The notes beneath the pieces are model-generated. The model ran no database searches. It saw nothing but the letters and a program-made list of their open reading frames with translations, and was not told the DNA's origin. This document shows, piece by piece, positions 36,211 to 45,076 of a stretch of DNA of 64,000 nucleotides (positions are counted from its first letter, which is position 1; the number at the start of each line of letters is the position of its first letter). The stretch comes from a virus (taxonomy: Duplodnaviria > Caudoviricetes). The stretch spans positions 3,646-67,645 of IMG/VR virus record IMGVR_UViG_3300020374_000579. One strand, 5' to 3'. Made by a program: the position numbers and the translations under genes.

Positions 36211-36875
36211 ATGTTTGCATCCTTGCATGTTTGTTTTATTTCTTTTACTTCTTCTTTACTAGTAGTAAACAACTTCATCCAAAATGGAGGATCTATCATT
36301 TCTTCAATCATTCCTACTTGCTCATCATTAAATCTTGCTAATAACTTGTTGCCTGTTTGACTAAGATAAATTACCCAAGGACTAACTTTAGCCGCTCTAA
36401 TATCATGTACTGCTCTACTTGGACTAACATCTGTAAAATAGTCTTGCCATTTAGTATCACTTTCCTCACTCCATTTATCAAGATACACAATAGTTCTTTC
36501 TAATGCTCTCAGTCCTGGTTCTTTTCTACAGTAGTCTTTTATAAATTTATCATATTGTCTATCTGATGTCCATTGTTTTAATTTTACGCCATTTTTAATT
36601 AACCATTCAGTAAACTTTTCTGGTTCTAGCCATTCATTGGTCATACAACTTCTACCAAACTTAACAAATGCTTCATAGTATTGACTCATAATAAAGTCTT
36701 CCATGCTTTTAGGATGTTTAGCACTTGTATTCATTTCATAAAACATTTGAAATGCTCTATGACCTAGACGTATATGGCTCATATCTCTGTCGCCCCAACG
36801 TCTTTTCTTTACGCACATGTGGGCCGAAAGTGTTCTTTCACTTTGGAATTCTTTACCACACCATTTGCATTTCAT
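36207..36875 (-). CDS. C2H2 zinc-finger-containing hypothetical protein
   Basis: CKWCGKEFQSERTLSAHMC. Confidence 0.7.
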   Translation of the reverse strand: MKCKWCGKEFQSERTLSAHMCVKKRRWGDRDMSHIRLGHRAFQMFYEMNTSAKHPKSMEDFIMSQYYEAFVKFGRSCMTNEWLEPEKFTEWLIKNGVKLKQWTSDRQYDKFIKDYCRKEPGLRALERTIVYLDKWSEESDTKWQDYFTDVSPSRAVHDIRAAKVSPWVIYLSQTGNKLLARFNDEQVGMIEEMIDPPFWMKLFTTSKEEVKEIKQTCKDANI

Positions 36876-37336
36876 TTCATTAACTCTTTTATTTCTTTGT
36901 CTGTGTAAGCATGTGCTTCAAAAAATTGTTTTAATTCATCTTTATCATTTATACTTAACAATAAGTCTATTTCTTCTTGACTAATATGTGGATATATTTT
37001 TGCAATAGCATCAGATAGTTTATTTTTCTTTCTTTTGCTGTTGGGCGGTTTTATGTAAGGATGATGTTGTACCTTACCACTACCAACTGCTGTCATTAAC
37101 AACCATTGTAATTCAGGATGTTTACTCACATCACTAAATCTATGATTAACTAATTCATTGACCATCCAAATGTAATCAGGTGCTTGTCCACCTTGTACAC
37201 TACTTGCATACCTCATCATCATCCAGGCACTAAACGCCTTCTTCTGTTCAGCACTTAATCTGTTATACCAGCCTCGGTCTTTTTTGTCTATGGCTTTCAT
37301 AACTTCTGCCAGTGGAATTTGAGGTTTTTTTGCCAT
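36872..37336 (-). CDS. Clamp-loader small subunit-like (T4 gp62-like)
   Basis: 154 aa; ELVN...KHPELQWLL...HPYIKPP pattern. Confidence 0.55.
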   Translation of the reverse strand: MAKKPQIPLAEVMKAIDKKDRGWYNRLSAEQKKAFSAWMMMRYASSVQGGQAPDYIWMVNELVNHRFSDVSKHPELQWLLMTAVGSGKVQHHPYIKPPNSKRKKNKLSDAIAKIYPHISQEEIDLLLSINDKDELKQFFEAHAYTDKEIKELMK

Positions 37337-37476
37337 TAGTCTTGATTGTGCCTTGGGTCCATTTGTTGCTTTATTCTCTCTTTCTCTTCTTGTTCAGTAT
37401 ATCTAGGCGTTTGTTGTTGTTGTGGTTGTGCCATTTCTAATCTCCATTGTTTCCTTTGATGCGTTCTTTTACTCAT
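37336..37476 (-). CDS. 46-aa ORF missing from the supplied track
   Basis: MSKRTHQRKQWRLEMAQPQQQQTPRY...; overlaps the upstream stop and downstream start; GAGG SD. Confidence 0.6.
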   Translation of the reverse strand: MSKRTHQRKQWRLEMAQPQQQQTPRYTEQEEKERIKQQMDPRHNQD

Positions 37477-38041
37477 AGGATACCTCCTTGTATTCATCTA
37501 AATATTTATTAATATAGTGCTGTTCTCCGTCTGCTACAGTTTCGTGCCAGTCTTTACTAGCATTGGAGTCTGCTTGGTCACTTACATACTTAAAACACTT
37601 AAAATTAACACTAGATTGCTTACATGCTTTTGCTATTGCATAGGCTTCCATTTCTACCACATCCGCGATAATACCCATATCTGAAGGGCCGCTAACAAAA
37701 TTATCACCACTACTACAACACATATCATCGATTGGATCTCCAAAACTTATTAATCCGTTTTCTTCAAAAGGAGTTTGACCTACGCCAAATCCTAACTCAA
37801 TGCATAACATATCACGTTGTATAAAGTTTTTCATTTCATGTATGCCACTTGTAACACTAATACCACCTGCTGTACCAAAATTCCAAACTGTTTTAGGCTG
37901 ATATTTCTCAATTAATCTACCTGCTGTAATACCTGCATTTACTTTTCCAACACCTGTAAAAAATACATTATCCCATTTAGCCATGTTGGGTGCTTCTTGC
38001 TCTAATGCAATTAGTATTATGTTTTCCATTTTATTTGTCAT
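37469..38041 (-). CDS. mtnN: MTA/SAH nucleosidase (PNP-UDP family)
   Basis: TGVGKVNAG, NFGTAGG, SSGDNFV, VEMEAYA, VSDQAD. Confidence 0.82.
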   Translation of the reverse strand: MTNKMENIILIALEQEAPNMAKWDNVFFTGVGKVNAGITAGRLIEKYQPKTVWNFGTAGGISVTSGIHEMKNFIQRDMLCIELGFGVGQTPFEENGLISFGDPIDDMCCSSGDNFVSGPSDMGIIADVVEMEAYAIAKACKQSSVNFKCFKYVSDQADSNASKDWHETVADGEQHYINKYLDEYKEVSYE

Positions 38042-38561
38042 ATGATATCACACTGAATACATCCATTCCACAATACTCTTGTAGTTTAGCACTCCCTTCC
38101 AAAAAAGTCAAGTCAATTACACATGCATAATGCAATGGTTGTACATGAAAGTTTTGTAGCAGTTCAAATATAGCACTTGCTGTACCTCCCGTAGCATTAA
38201 CATCATCTATGATACAAACGTTGCTGTCTGGCCCTAATTTTGCGTCTTGCTTTATGTTTAAGTTAGTTTCCGCATACTCATATGTAAAGTGATGTTCATA
38301 TGTTGGTGGTGGTAACTTACCTGGCTTACGAACTATGTGTAAAGGTATTCCTAAATCTAATGCCACTGGAGCACCCCATAAAAATCCTCTGGCATCCGGA
38401 GCCACAATATCTGTAATTTTATTCTTCATACAGTACGAAGTAATTTTTGTTACAGTATGCTGAAATGCTTTTGGTTGTGTTAAAATACTTGTAACATCTT
38501 TATACTGTATTCCTTTGACAGGAAAGTCTGGTATAGTAGTTATAAGTTTTTTAAGATCCAT
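38031..38561 (-). CDS. apt: Adenine phosphoribosyltransferase (start revised to 38561)
   Basis: IPDFPVKGIQYKD, DARGF, RKPGKLP, YEYAE, IIDDVNATGGT. Confidence 0.92.
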   Translation of the reverse strand: MDLKKLITTIPDFPVKGIQYKDVTSILTQPKAFQHTVTKITSYCMKNKITDIVAPDARGFLWGAPVALDLGIPLHIVRKPGKLPPPTYEHHFTYEYAETNLNIKQDAKLGPDSNVCIIDDVNATGGTASAIFELLQNFHVQPLHYACVIDLTFLEGSAKLQEYCGMDVFSVISYDK

Positions 38562-39291
38562 TTTCCTCTTCCATCTCATAATCATAATCTTCCCAATACT
38601 CAGAAAGGTCTGCATCTGCAGGATCTACATAAGGATCTCTCCATTTAGTTGTAATCCATCCAACTGCGGCTTCATAACTTTTACCCGTTGTATCGTTGTA
38701 GTCAAAGTTTGCTTCAATTAACTGTTTGTCATACCAAACATCTTCTATAAAGTCACCTAAGTGTGTTTCTACAATACTATACACTAACTTGTTAGGATCG
38801 AAAGGTTCGTCTGATTCCACAAACCAACTTGCAAACCCACCTTTTTCTGCACTATGAAAAAGCATTACAGGAGTTTGTTCTTCTGATGTTGGTTCTGTAT
38901 TTGTACTAATGTAAGCACCTTCTCTGCCTTTTAAACAATAGCCTTCAACTTCCATTTCATTTTCATCGTATGCCCATTCATCTTCTTCATCTGTAATATT
39001 GCTTACAAAGAAACCACCATCTGCATAAGCACCATTTATATGTTCAATATCATCTACTGCATACCAACCTTCAATTTCATTTAAATCTTCAAATATTGCA
39101 GGAGCATCTCTATTAATATCTTCTTCATCGTCCCATTCACTCAATGCAAGTACATGTGGAATAAACGTTTCGTATGTACCTTCTTCCTCTATAATTGGTG
39201 CCCAGTATTGTGCAAAGTCTTCTGATACTTCACCAACAGCGAGTTCTCCACCATACCTACCACCTTCTATTCTATACTTAAATTTTGCCAT
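38551..39291 (-). CDS. Acidic hypothetical protein
   Basis: 246 aa, D/E/W/Y-rich. Confidence 0.75.
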   Translation of the reverse strand: MAKFKYRIEGGRYGGELAVGEVSEDFAQYWAPIIEEEGTYETFIPHVLALSEWDDEEDINRDAPAIFEDLNEIEGWYAVDDIEHINGAYADGGFFVSNITDEEDEWAYDENEMEVEGYCLKGREGAYISTNTEPTSEEQTPVMLFHSAEKGGFASWFVESDEPFDPNKLVYSIVETHLGDFIEDVWYDKQLIEANFDYNDTTGKSYEAAVGWITTKWRDPYVDPADADLSEYWEDYDYEMEEENGS

Positions 39292-39300
39292 AATATGCTC

Positions 39301-39804
39301 CTAGTCTAACAAGTGTCCTATATCAATTTCTGCTGGTATTTTATTTGCTTCTTTTACAAACATTGCACATGCTGGATTGCTTTTGCCTTCTAAAGGTGCT
39401 AACAACATGTGACCATTTTTTAATTTAGGAAAAAACCATTTTACGTCTTGAAATATATTTGTTATTTTTACTTCATGACATTCTAATAATCTACCACTTA
39501 AAGGATTTAACGTTGCAGTTAAAAATCCTCTATTGTTTAAACTTGTTAAAGGTATAACTTCTATACCAGTTAAATCTTCATCTGTAATTGCTATACTCCA
39601 ATCCATAGGCATCTGTATATTGTGTTCGCCTATTTGTAAACAAATTGCAGGTGCATAAAAACTCTCTAAGAAAATTAGAGGTAAAAAATAGTAATCCATC
39701 CATTCAGGATCACTAGTGTCAAATACACCAAATCTTATATCATCTATCTCATCTGGTACATTATCTATTTCATAAACAGTATTATCTACGGTTAATATTT
39801 TCAT
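39301..39804 (-). CDS. Hypothetical protein, possible inactive stand-alone Hint fold
   Basis: ILTVDNTVYEID; LQIGEHNIQMPMDWSI; VKITNI...WFFPKLKNGHML. Confidence 0.45.
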   Translation of the reverse strand: MKILTVDNTVYEIDNVPDEIDDIRFGVFDTSDPEWMDYYFLPLIFLESFYAPAICLQIGEHNIQMPMDWSIAITDEDLTGIEVIPLTSLNNRGFLTATLNPLSGRLLECHEVKITNIFQDVKWFFPKLKNGHMLLAPLEGKSNPACAMFVKEANKIPAEIDIGHLLD

Positions 39805-41258
39805 TTATACTCCACTTTAGTAACTTGAAAAGGGAATCCTTGTTCTTTATAGAATGCTTTTCGTTTAGTTAAATGTCGCTTACTATATTTTAGATTACTT
39901 GTAATGTCGACAACATTCAAGTAGTCCTTATCTTCTGCTTTACGGATTCCTCTTCCGATACTTTGTATTACCCTAACAAAACTTTTACCTGGCTCTAAAA
40001 GAACCAAATTAAATATTCTAGGAATATTAATACCGACCGCCGCAACTCCGTAAGTTGCAACTATTACTTTATTATCCATTTCTGATACCTGTGCATATTC
40101 TTTTTGCCTATCAGAAACTTTCATATCTCCACTTATAAATACCCAATCAGGATTTTTGTCCATTAGTAATTCACCTGTTGCTAATCTATCAATTAGTACA
40201 AGTGTATTACCACTACCACTTAATCCTTTAATAATATCACTGATGTGTGTAACTCTACCATCATCTGTTACAAGCCATTTAAGTTCTTGTGCATAGTTAT
40301 TGAAACCCAATACACCATCTTGTAATTGAAATATATTGATATCTAAGTTTGCTAAGACACCTTTATCTTGTAATTCTTTACTGCTAAGATTTCCTGTAAC
40401 AGGTCCCAAACAACATGTACAACCTATTGCTTCATAATCATCTTTTGGAATAGTTCCTGTCAATCCCCAACGAATTGGAACATTAGCAAATACACCACCA
40501 AGTAAATTTCTCAATACATCTGCTTTTGCTTTGTGTACTTCATCTACCATTATGCATACAACACCTGCTAGGAATTGGTCAATAGGAAAGTCTGCCTCAT
40601 ACTTTTTACTTTTCTTTTCTAGTATTGCTAAACTTTGCCAAGTACATATTGTGTGAGTTTTATCATATTCTTTTCTATCACCAAATAATACACCAACATC
40701 AAGACCTAAATTTTTGTAGTCTCGTTCTGTTTGTACAACTAAGTCTTTATTAGGAACAATCACTATTGTTCTACCATAGGGCTCACATAAATCGCTTAAG
40801 GCGGCAGTTATGAGGGTCTTACCGGCGCCTGTAGCCACTTCTTGCAAACTTTGTGGATTAGACAAAAACTCATTTATAACCTGTACTTGATAATCTCTAA
40901 GAATAATAGGTTCACCTTCTGCTGGGTGTCCTTTGGGCCATGCAATATTTTCATATCTTGTTTGCTCAATGTCCTCAAAATTAAACTTCCATTCATCACG
41001 TTGGTCTTGTATTTCTATCTCATATCCATCTGCTTGAACAATGGGTATAAGTCTATCCAACAAATTCATGTATGTTCTTCCGCCAATATCACAATACCTT
41101 ACACAACCATCCCACCTACCTAACTTGTATGCCGGCATATGATATGCATAAGGTAAAAAGTATTTTGCCTCTTCAGATATCTTACGTCTAGTGCTTGGTG
41201 CTAAACCAACAAACTTTACGTTTACTTCATCTCTGATTTCAAGAACACATTTAGCCAT
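39801..41258 (-). CDS. uvsW: SF2 DNA helicase UvsW-like
   Basis: LRDYQ, ATGAGKT, DEVH, GLTGT, QSIGRGIR. Confidence 0.93.
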   Translation of the reverse strand: MAKCVLEIRDEVNVKFVGLAPSTRRKISEEAKYFLPYAYHMPAYKLGRWDGCVRYCDIGGRTYMNLLDRLIPIVQADGYEIEIQDQRDEWKFNFEDIEQTRYENIAWPKGHPAEGEPIILRDYQVQVINEFLSNPQSLQEVATGAGKTLITAALSDLCEPYGRTIVIVPNKDLVVQTERDYKNLGLDVGVLFGDRKEYDKTHTICTWQSLAILEKKSKKYEADFPIDQFLAGVVCIMVDEVHKAKADVLRNLLGGVFANVPIRWGLTGTIPKDDYEAIGCTCCLGPVTGNLSSKELQDKGVLANLDINIFQLQDGVLGFNNYAQELKWLVTDDGRVTHISDIIKGLSGSGNTLVLIDRLATGELLMDKNPDWVFISGDMKVSDRQKEYAQVSEMDNKVIVATYGVAAVGINIPRIFNLVLLEPGKSFVRVIQSIGRGIRKAEDKDYLNVVDITSNLKYSKRHLTKRKAFYKEQGFPFQVTKVEYK

Positions 41259-41263
41259 AGTTT

Positions 41264-41293
41264 ATTATACTACCATTTTCGTTGTAATGTCAA
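41264..41293 (-). promoter_or_regulatory. Sigma70-like promoter in the TBDR 3' end; uvsW ATG 5 nt after -10
   Basis: TTGACA-N18-TATAAT-AAACT-ATG. Confidence 0.55.
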
Positions 41294-42970
41294 CATAATT
41301 TGTCTACTGCGATTATCATATCCAGGAAGTACTTCCACTTCTTCATCTAATACATTGTCAATACTTAATGCTAAATCAAGGTCATTAGCAAAAGTCTTAA
41401 TATATCTAAAAGACAAGTTTTGTAAATCCTCTAATTCGTCACCATCATAAGGACCAGGTATTCTTTCAAACTGTCCTCTATATGTAATATTAAATTCATG
41501 GCTACCAAAAGATTGATTCCATCCAAATACAGCCATATACTTTGGTACTCTTGCTTGATCCGTATCAGTTACAGAAATTCCAATATTGAATGCTCCAAAT
41601 GTTTGTGCATATCTCATACCAGTTGTTTCATAAGATCCTGTATTATAATACTTAGGATTGTAATATTCTGTTGTAGTGTTTGTTACAGGCTCACCGTTTT
41701 CATCATATGTAATTGTAACAATGTCATTAGAACCACCTGGTGTATATTCAATTGCTTCTTCAAACTCATATCTAAATAAACTTAAAACACCAAAACCAAT
41801 TTCATAACCAATTGCTTCTTCTGGTAATAAGTCTAAATTAGCATCAACATAACTGTCACCATTTAATTCATATAATGTAGGTCTTCTATAACTGTTACCA
41901 ACATTTAAAAAGAATGGTCCACTTTCAAGTCCAAATCTTAATGCATTTTGGTCTTCATTTCCTATTCTAAAACCAAAGTTATATTTCATGGCAAAGTCGG
42001 CATTAATGTTTAAGTAAGCACCATAATTATCTCTATTATGGTCACCACTTGCTGTCATATATTGTTCGTGACTTGCATCAACTCCATAACCAACTTGCAG
42101 TTTATTTGAAAGGTTAGTTTGGTCTCCTATTCTTAAATAGTCTGTGCTACTTTCATTCCAATATGACTCATACTCGCCTGTAAAATATTTTGCTTTATCT
42201 TCTGTTCTACCCAATGTAAAATATTCATTGTTAATTGCAATATTATATTTTTCACCATCTTGTACACAATCATTTGATGAAGCAAAATTTTCATCATAAC
42301 AATTATCATAGTCATACTTGTAATCTGTAAAGTTTGCAGAAATTCTAAAGTCTTGTACGTCAAAATTTAACTTTGCGTTTTTATTAGTGTACAAGTCCTT
42401 TTCTTCATTGTCATTTCTCACACTATCTTGATTTACTTCCATTGCAGTATATTGAAACCAATCGCTTGGTGCAAGACTAACATATTTACTGTTCTGTGAT
42501 CCAGCACTTACAGTAGCATTCTTTTCAATATTGTCTTTAATTAATACTGTACCAGCAATACTACCACTACCATATACAACACTATTAGCACCAGATATAA
42601 CTTTTATTTCTTGTCCTGTTGCTAAGTCTGTTCCAAAATCATACCATGCACTACCAGGAAGGTTTGCAGGAATACCATTTATAAAAACTTTTGTATGCAC
42701 CGTTTGGGCACCTCGTTCATTGTATCCTTGGAAAGCACCTTGACCACCAGCCGTCCATGTGTGGGCAGGTAATAGTACTCTTATTAAGGACATGCCTTTT
42801 AGTGGGTTCGCTTCTACTGTTTTTGATTGTTGTGCCACTACCACAACTTCCTCTATCTCTTCTGCTTTTGCATTAAATGATAGTAACATTATTATCATAA
42901 CTGCAAACACAAAATATAAAGGACTAAAATTGATGTGAAAATTCCAATCCACATTACTTCTTTTCTTCAT
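41270..42970 (-). CDS. TonB-dependent outer-membrane receptor (BtuB-like)
   Basis: Signal peptide ending AKA/EE, TonB-box-like EEVVVVA, plug motif GANSVVYGSGSIAGTVLI, terminal DNVLDE...GYDNRSRQIMLTLQRKW. Confidence 0.9.
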   Translation of the reverse strand: MKKRSNVDWNFHINFSPLYFVFAVMIIMLLSFNAKAEEIEEVVVVAQQSKTVEANPLKGMSLIRVLLPAHTWTAGGQGAFQGYNERGAQTVHTKVFINGIPANLPGSAWYDFGTDLATGQEIKVISGANSVVYGSGSIAGTVLIKDNIEKNATVSAGSQNSKYVSLAPSDWFQYTAMEVNQDSVRNDNEEKDLYTNKNAKLNFDVQDFRISANFTDYKYDYDNCYDENFASSNDCVQDGEKYNIAINNEYFTLGRTEDKAKYFTGEYESYWNESSTDYLRIGDQTNLSNKLQVGYGVDASHEQYMTASGDHNRDNYGAYLNINADFAMKYNFGFRIGNEDQNALRFGLESGPFFLNVGNSYRRPTLYELNGDSYVDANLDLLPEEAIGYEIGFGVLSLFRYEFEEAIEYTPGGSNDIVTITYDENGEPVTNTTTEYYNPKYYNTGSYETTGMRYAQTFGAFNIGISVTDTDQARVPKYMAVFGWNQSFGSHEFNITYRGQFERIPGPYDGDELEDLQNLSFRYIKTFANDLDLALSIDNVLDEEVEVLPGYDNRSRQIMLTLQRKW

Positions 42971-42999
42971 TCTGTCTCCAGGTTATTAGTTGTATATTA

Positions 43000-43027
43000 A
43001 TTATACGTCTAAAACTGGAAAAGTCAA
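43000..43027 (-). promoter_or_regulatory. Sigma70-like early promoter for the TBDR
   Basis: TTGACT-N16-TATAAT. Confidence 0.72.
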
Positions 43028-43045
43028 GTAAAAATTCAACTTATT

Positions 43046-43080
43046 TTAAAAAGGTGACACCCGGAGGAACTCCGGGTGTC
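43046..43080 (-). terminator. Rho-independent terminator
   Basis: Perfect 11-bp stem GACACCCGGAG/CTCCGGGTGTC, then ACCUUUUU on the minus strand. Confidence 0.8.
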
Positions 43081-43081
43081 T

Positions 43082-43133
43082 TGGTGCTCTAGTGGGGGAT
43101 GACTAACGTTGAGCACCAGGGAACCGTTAGCAT
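43082..43133 (-). ncRNA. Candidate structured RNA (H-type pseudoknot) just upstream of the terminator
   Basis: GC-rich island; interleaved stems CTAACG/CGTTAG and TGGTGCTC/GAGCACCA; TAAATAC at 43137-43143 upstream; strand not certain. Confidence 0.55.
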
Positions 43134-43145
43134 AGTGTATTTAAC

Positions 43146-44183
43146 TTATATTGCTCCTGACATACAAGTTGTTTTGGCTAGTTTTTGCCAGTTCTCAGAA
43201 TCCATTTTCTTAAGGTCTGCAATTTTAAGAACCATTCGCAAACTAATCTCTCTGACTATGTCTTGATTCTCAGTCATGAAGTCGATAATCTCCTTATCAC
43301 CTTCTTTTCCGAACTTGTATTCATCAAGCATACCGTCTCTAACAATTTGGTTAATTCTAAGAAACTTATCTCTCTTAGAGTTCATTGTAAGATCCAAGTA
43401 ATGACATCTTGACATAAGTGCCGCCAAGTGGTCCTTAATCTTCTTAGAACGAACGTTTTCAAAATCAACGTTAGTAATAAAGATACAACCACCTTTAAAT
43501 TCAAATCTATCTGGAATACCTTCCCTACGAAGTGCTTGGGACTCTGACTTCCAAGTAATAGTTCTTTTCTTACCTGAATCCAAAGTAGCCTTAAGCATGT
43601 TCAAACATACTTCGTCAAACAACACACTATCACAGTCATCAAATACTAAGATGTTACCTTGTTGTGAGTTATTATAAAGTGTTTGGAAAAGACCAATTGG
43701 TGTAACAGAACCTTTAACAACTTCAGTCCTTGCAGGTTTACCAGCAACTTCCGTAAGCATGTCATAATCTTCTAAAACAGTTTCAACACCAAATGACTTA
43801 CCAACTCCTGGAGGGCCACTTACTATCATACCCCTTACTGTACCTTCTGCTACAGCATGAGTCATTCTGTCCAAAATATCAAAACGTTCACGAATTCGCT
43901 CAATTGCTTGTTCGTCACTTTCCTCATCTTTTGGAGTGTTATCTATTTTAGGTTGTTCTGCATAAACACCTGGAGTAACATACTCCAAATCTTTAGTAGG
44001 ATCTTCTATCAAAACCCTAATACTTGCAAATTTATCACCCATCACTTCAGTACCGTTTACAGTAATGAAGGCACCTTTTTTGCCAACGTTAAGTGGCTTA
44101 AGAATTGGAAATACAGTATCAACGATTTCGTTTTTACGGTAAGTACCAGTCTTAATTTTTACATAATTTAATGCGTTTGTCAT
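43146..44183 (-). CDS. AAA+-type ATPase of unknown function (start revised to 44183)
   Basis: SGPPGVGKS, LVFDDCD; GGGGA SD before the ATG. Confidence 0.85.
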   Translation of the reverse strand: MTNALNYVKIKTGTYRKNEIVDTVFPILKPLNVGKKGAFITVNGTEVMGDKFASIRVLIEDPTKDLEYVTPGVYAEQPKIDNTPKDEESDEQAIERIRERFDILDRMTHAVAEGTVRGMIVSGPPGVGKSFGVETVLEDYDMLTEVAGKPARTEVVKGSVTPIGLFQTLYNNSQQGNILVFDDCDSVLFDEVCLNMLKATLDSGKKRTITWKSESQALRREGIPDRFEFKGGCIFITNVDFENVRSKKIKDHLAALMSRCHYLDLTMNSKRDKFLRINQIVRDGMLDEYKFGKEGDKEIIDFMTENQDIVREISLRMVLKIADLKKMDSENWQKLAKTTCMSGAI

Positions 44184-44242
44184 AATGTCATCCCCGACGT
44201 TTATGTTTATGAGCAAGGACCTTTCCCTAACTCTTATATACT

Positions 44243-44270
44243 ATTATACTTCTTTTTGAGTGTAAGTCAA
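44243..44270 (-). promoter_or_regulatory. Sigma70-like early promoter
   Basis: TTGACT-N16-TATAAT. Confidence 0.75.
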
Positions 44271-44299
44271 CCTTTTTACCACTTTTTTTGGTAAAAAAA

Positions 44300-44839
44300 T
44301 TAGTCTTTTTTGATGTTTAGCATGAATAAACAGGTTTGTAAGCATTTTGCCTGCCATTTGGCATCATCAACAGCACTATGTAATGCTTCTTGGACGCCTT
44401 TTCTAGGGTCTACATCCATTAAACTGAATATAGTCCTGCTATCTCTGATTTGCCAATATGCCCAATTTGTGTGGGTGTTTAGCATTTTATATAGATTCTC
44501 AATAATGACCATATCAAATTGTGGGCCTTGACACCATATTTGGTCACAGCCTACAAGCCATTTATTAAGTGATTTTGTAAATTCATTCAGTTTAATTCTA
44601 CCTTCTTCTGAAAAGGCTATATCCTGAATATCTTGTGGTTGTTTTGCCCACCATTCAACTGTGTTTTCATCTATATCTCTAGATAAAGCAGTTTGCTCGT
44701 CAACGTCTAATTTAAAGTCTAAGAATGAATGTGGTTCTTCATTTGTGTAAGGATTGAACTTTACACCACCCACACTTAATACTACTGCTTCTGGCGTTGT
44801 AGCCAAAGTCTCAATATCAATCATTGCATGGGTGGTCAT
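44300..44839 (-). CDS. 3'-5' exonuclease, DEDD family (T4 DexA-like)
   Basis: MIDIETL, QGPQFD, WQIRDSRT, HSAVDDAKWQ. Confidence 0.88.
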   Translation of the reverse strand: MTTHAMIDIETLATTPEAVVLSVGGVKFNPYTNEEPHSFLDFKLDVDEQTALSRDIDENTVEWWAKQPQDIQDIAFSEEGRIKLNEFTKSLNKWLVGCDQIWCQGPQFDMVIIENLYKMLNTHTNWAYWQIRDSRTIFSLMDVDPRKGVQEALHSAVDDAKWQAKCLQTCLFMLNIKKD

Positions 44840-44848
44840 AAGTATTCC

Positions 44849-45016
44849 TTAATTAGTGTGTTCTAAGCCGAACATTTGGTTAAAAACTTTTAGACCTTCT
44901 TCTCTGGTATAAACAGTTTCATTCCAATCTGTGCGTTCCCTACAATTCATATCGTACCAAACAGCAAAATTTTCATCAAATGTCATGCTTTCGTCGTATT
45001 TAAAATTAGGTTCCAT
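44849..45016 (-). CDS. 55-aa acidic ORF missing from the supplied track
   Basis: AAGGAG SD; MEPNFKYDESMTFDENFAVWYD...; own promoter. Confidence 0.75.
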   Translation of the reverse strand: MEPNFKYDESMTFDENFAVWYDMNCRERTDWNETVYTREEGLKVFNQMFGLEHTN

Positions 45017-45042
45017 AATTACTCCTTTTATTGAATAATTAA

Positions 45043-45071
45043 ATTATACGAAAATTTGTGGTAAATGTCAA
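45043..45071 (-). promoter_or_regulatory. Sigma70-like early promoter
   Basis: TTGACA-N17-TATAAT. Confidence 0.8.
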
Positions 45072-45076
45072 CCTAA

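Noticed and set aside
38562-38615. N-terminal extensions in the supplied track (apt, thyX, 35290 ORF, 11878 ORF, 26499 ORF, ATPase)
   Set aside because: Downstream ATGs fit better with SD or promoter position and with stop-start coupling; the extensions mostly overlap upstream genes or promoters
43082-43133. HDV-like (theta) ribozyme
   Set aside because: Only 2 nt lie where the P3/L3 hairpin would need to be, so the nested double pseudoknot cannot form
42971-43145. Cobalamin riboswitch upstream of the BtuB-like receptor
   Set aside because: I could not recognise a B12-box or the larger multi-stem architecture, and the TBDR has its own promoter downstream of the terminator
43146-44216. Clamp-loader large subunit (gp44)
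   Set aside because: No clear RFC-type SRC/box motifs and not adjacent to the gp62-like gene; left as an unassigned AAA+ ATPase
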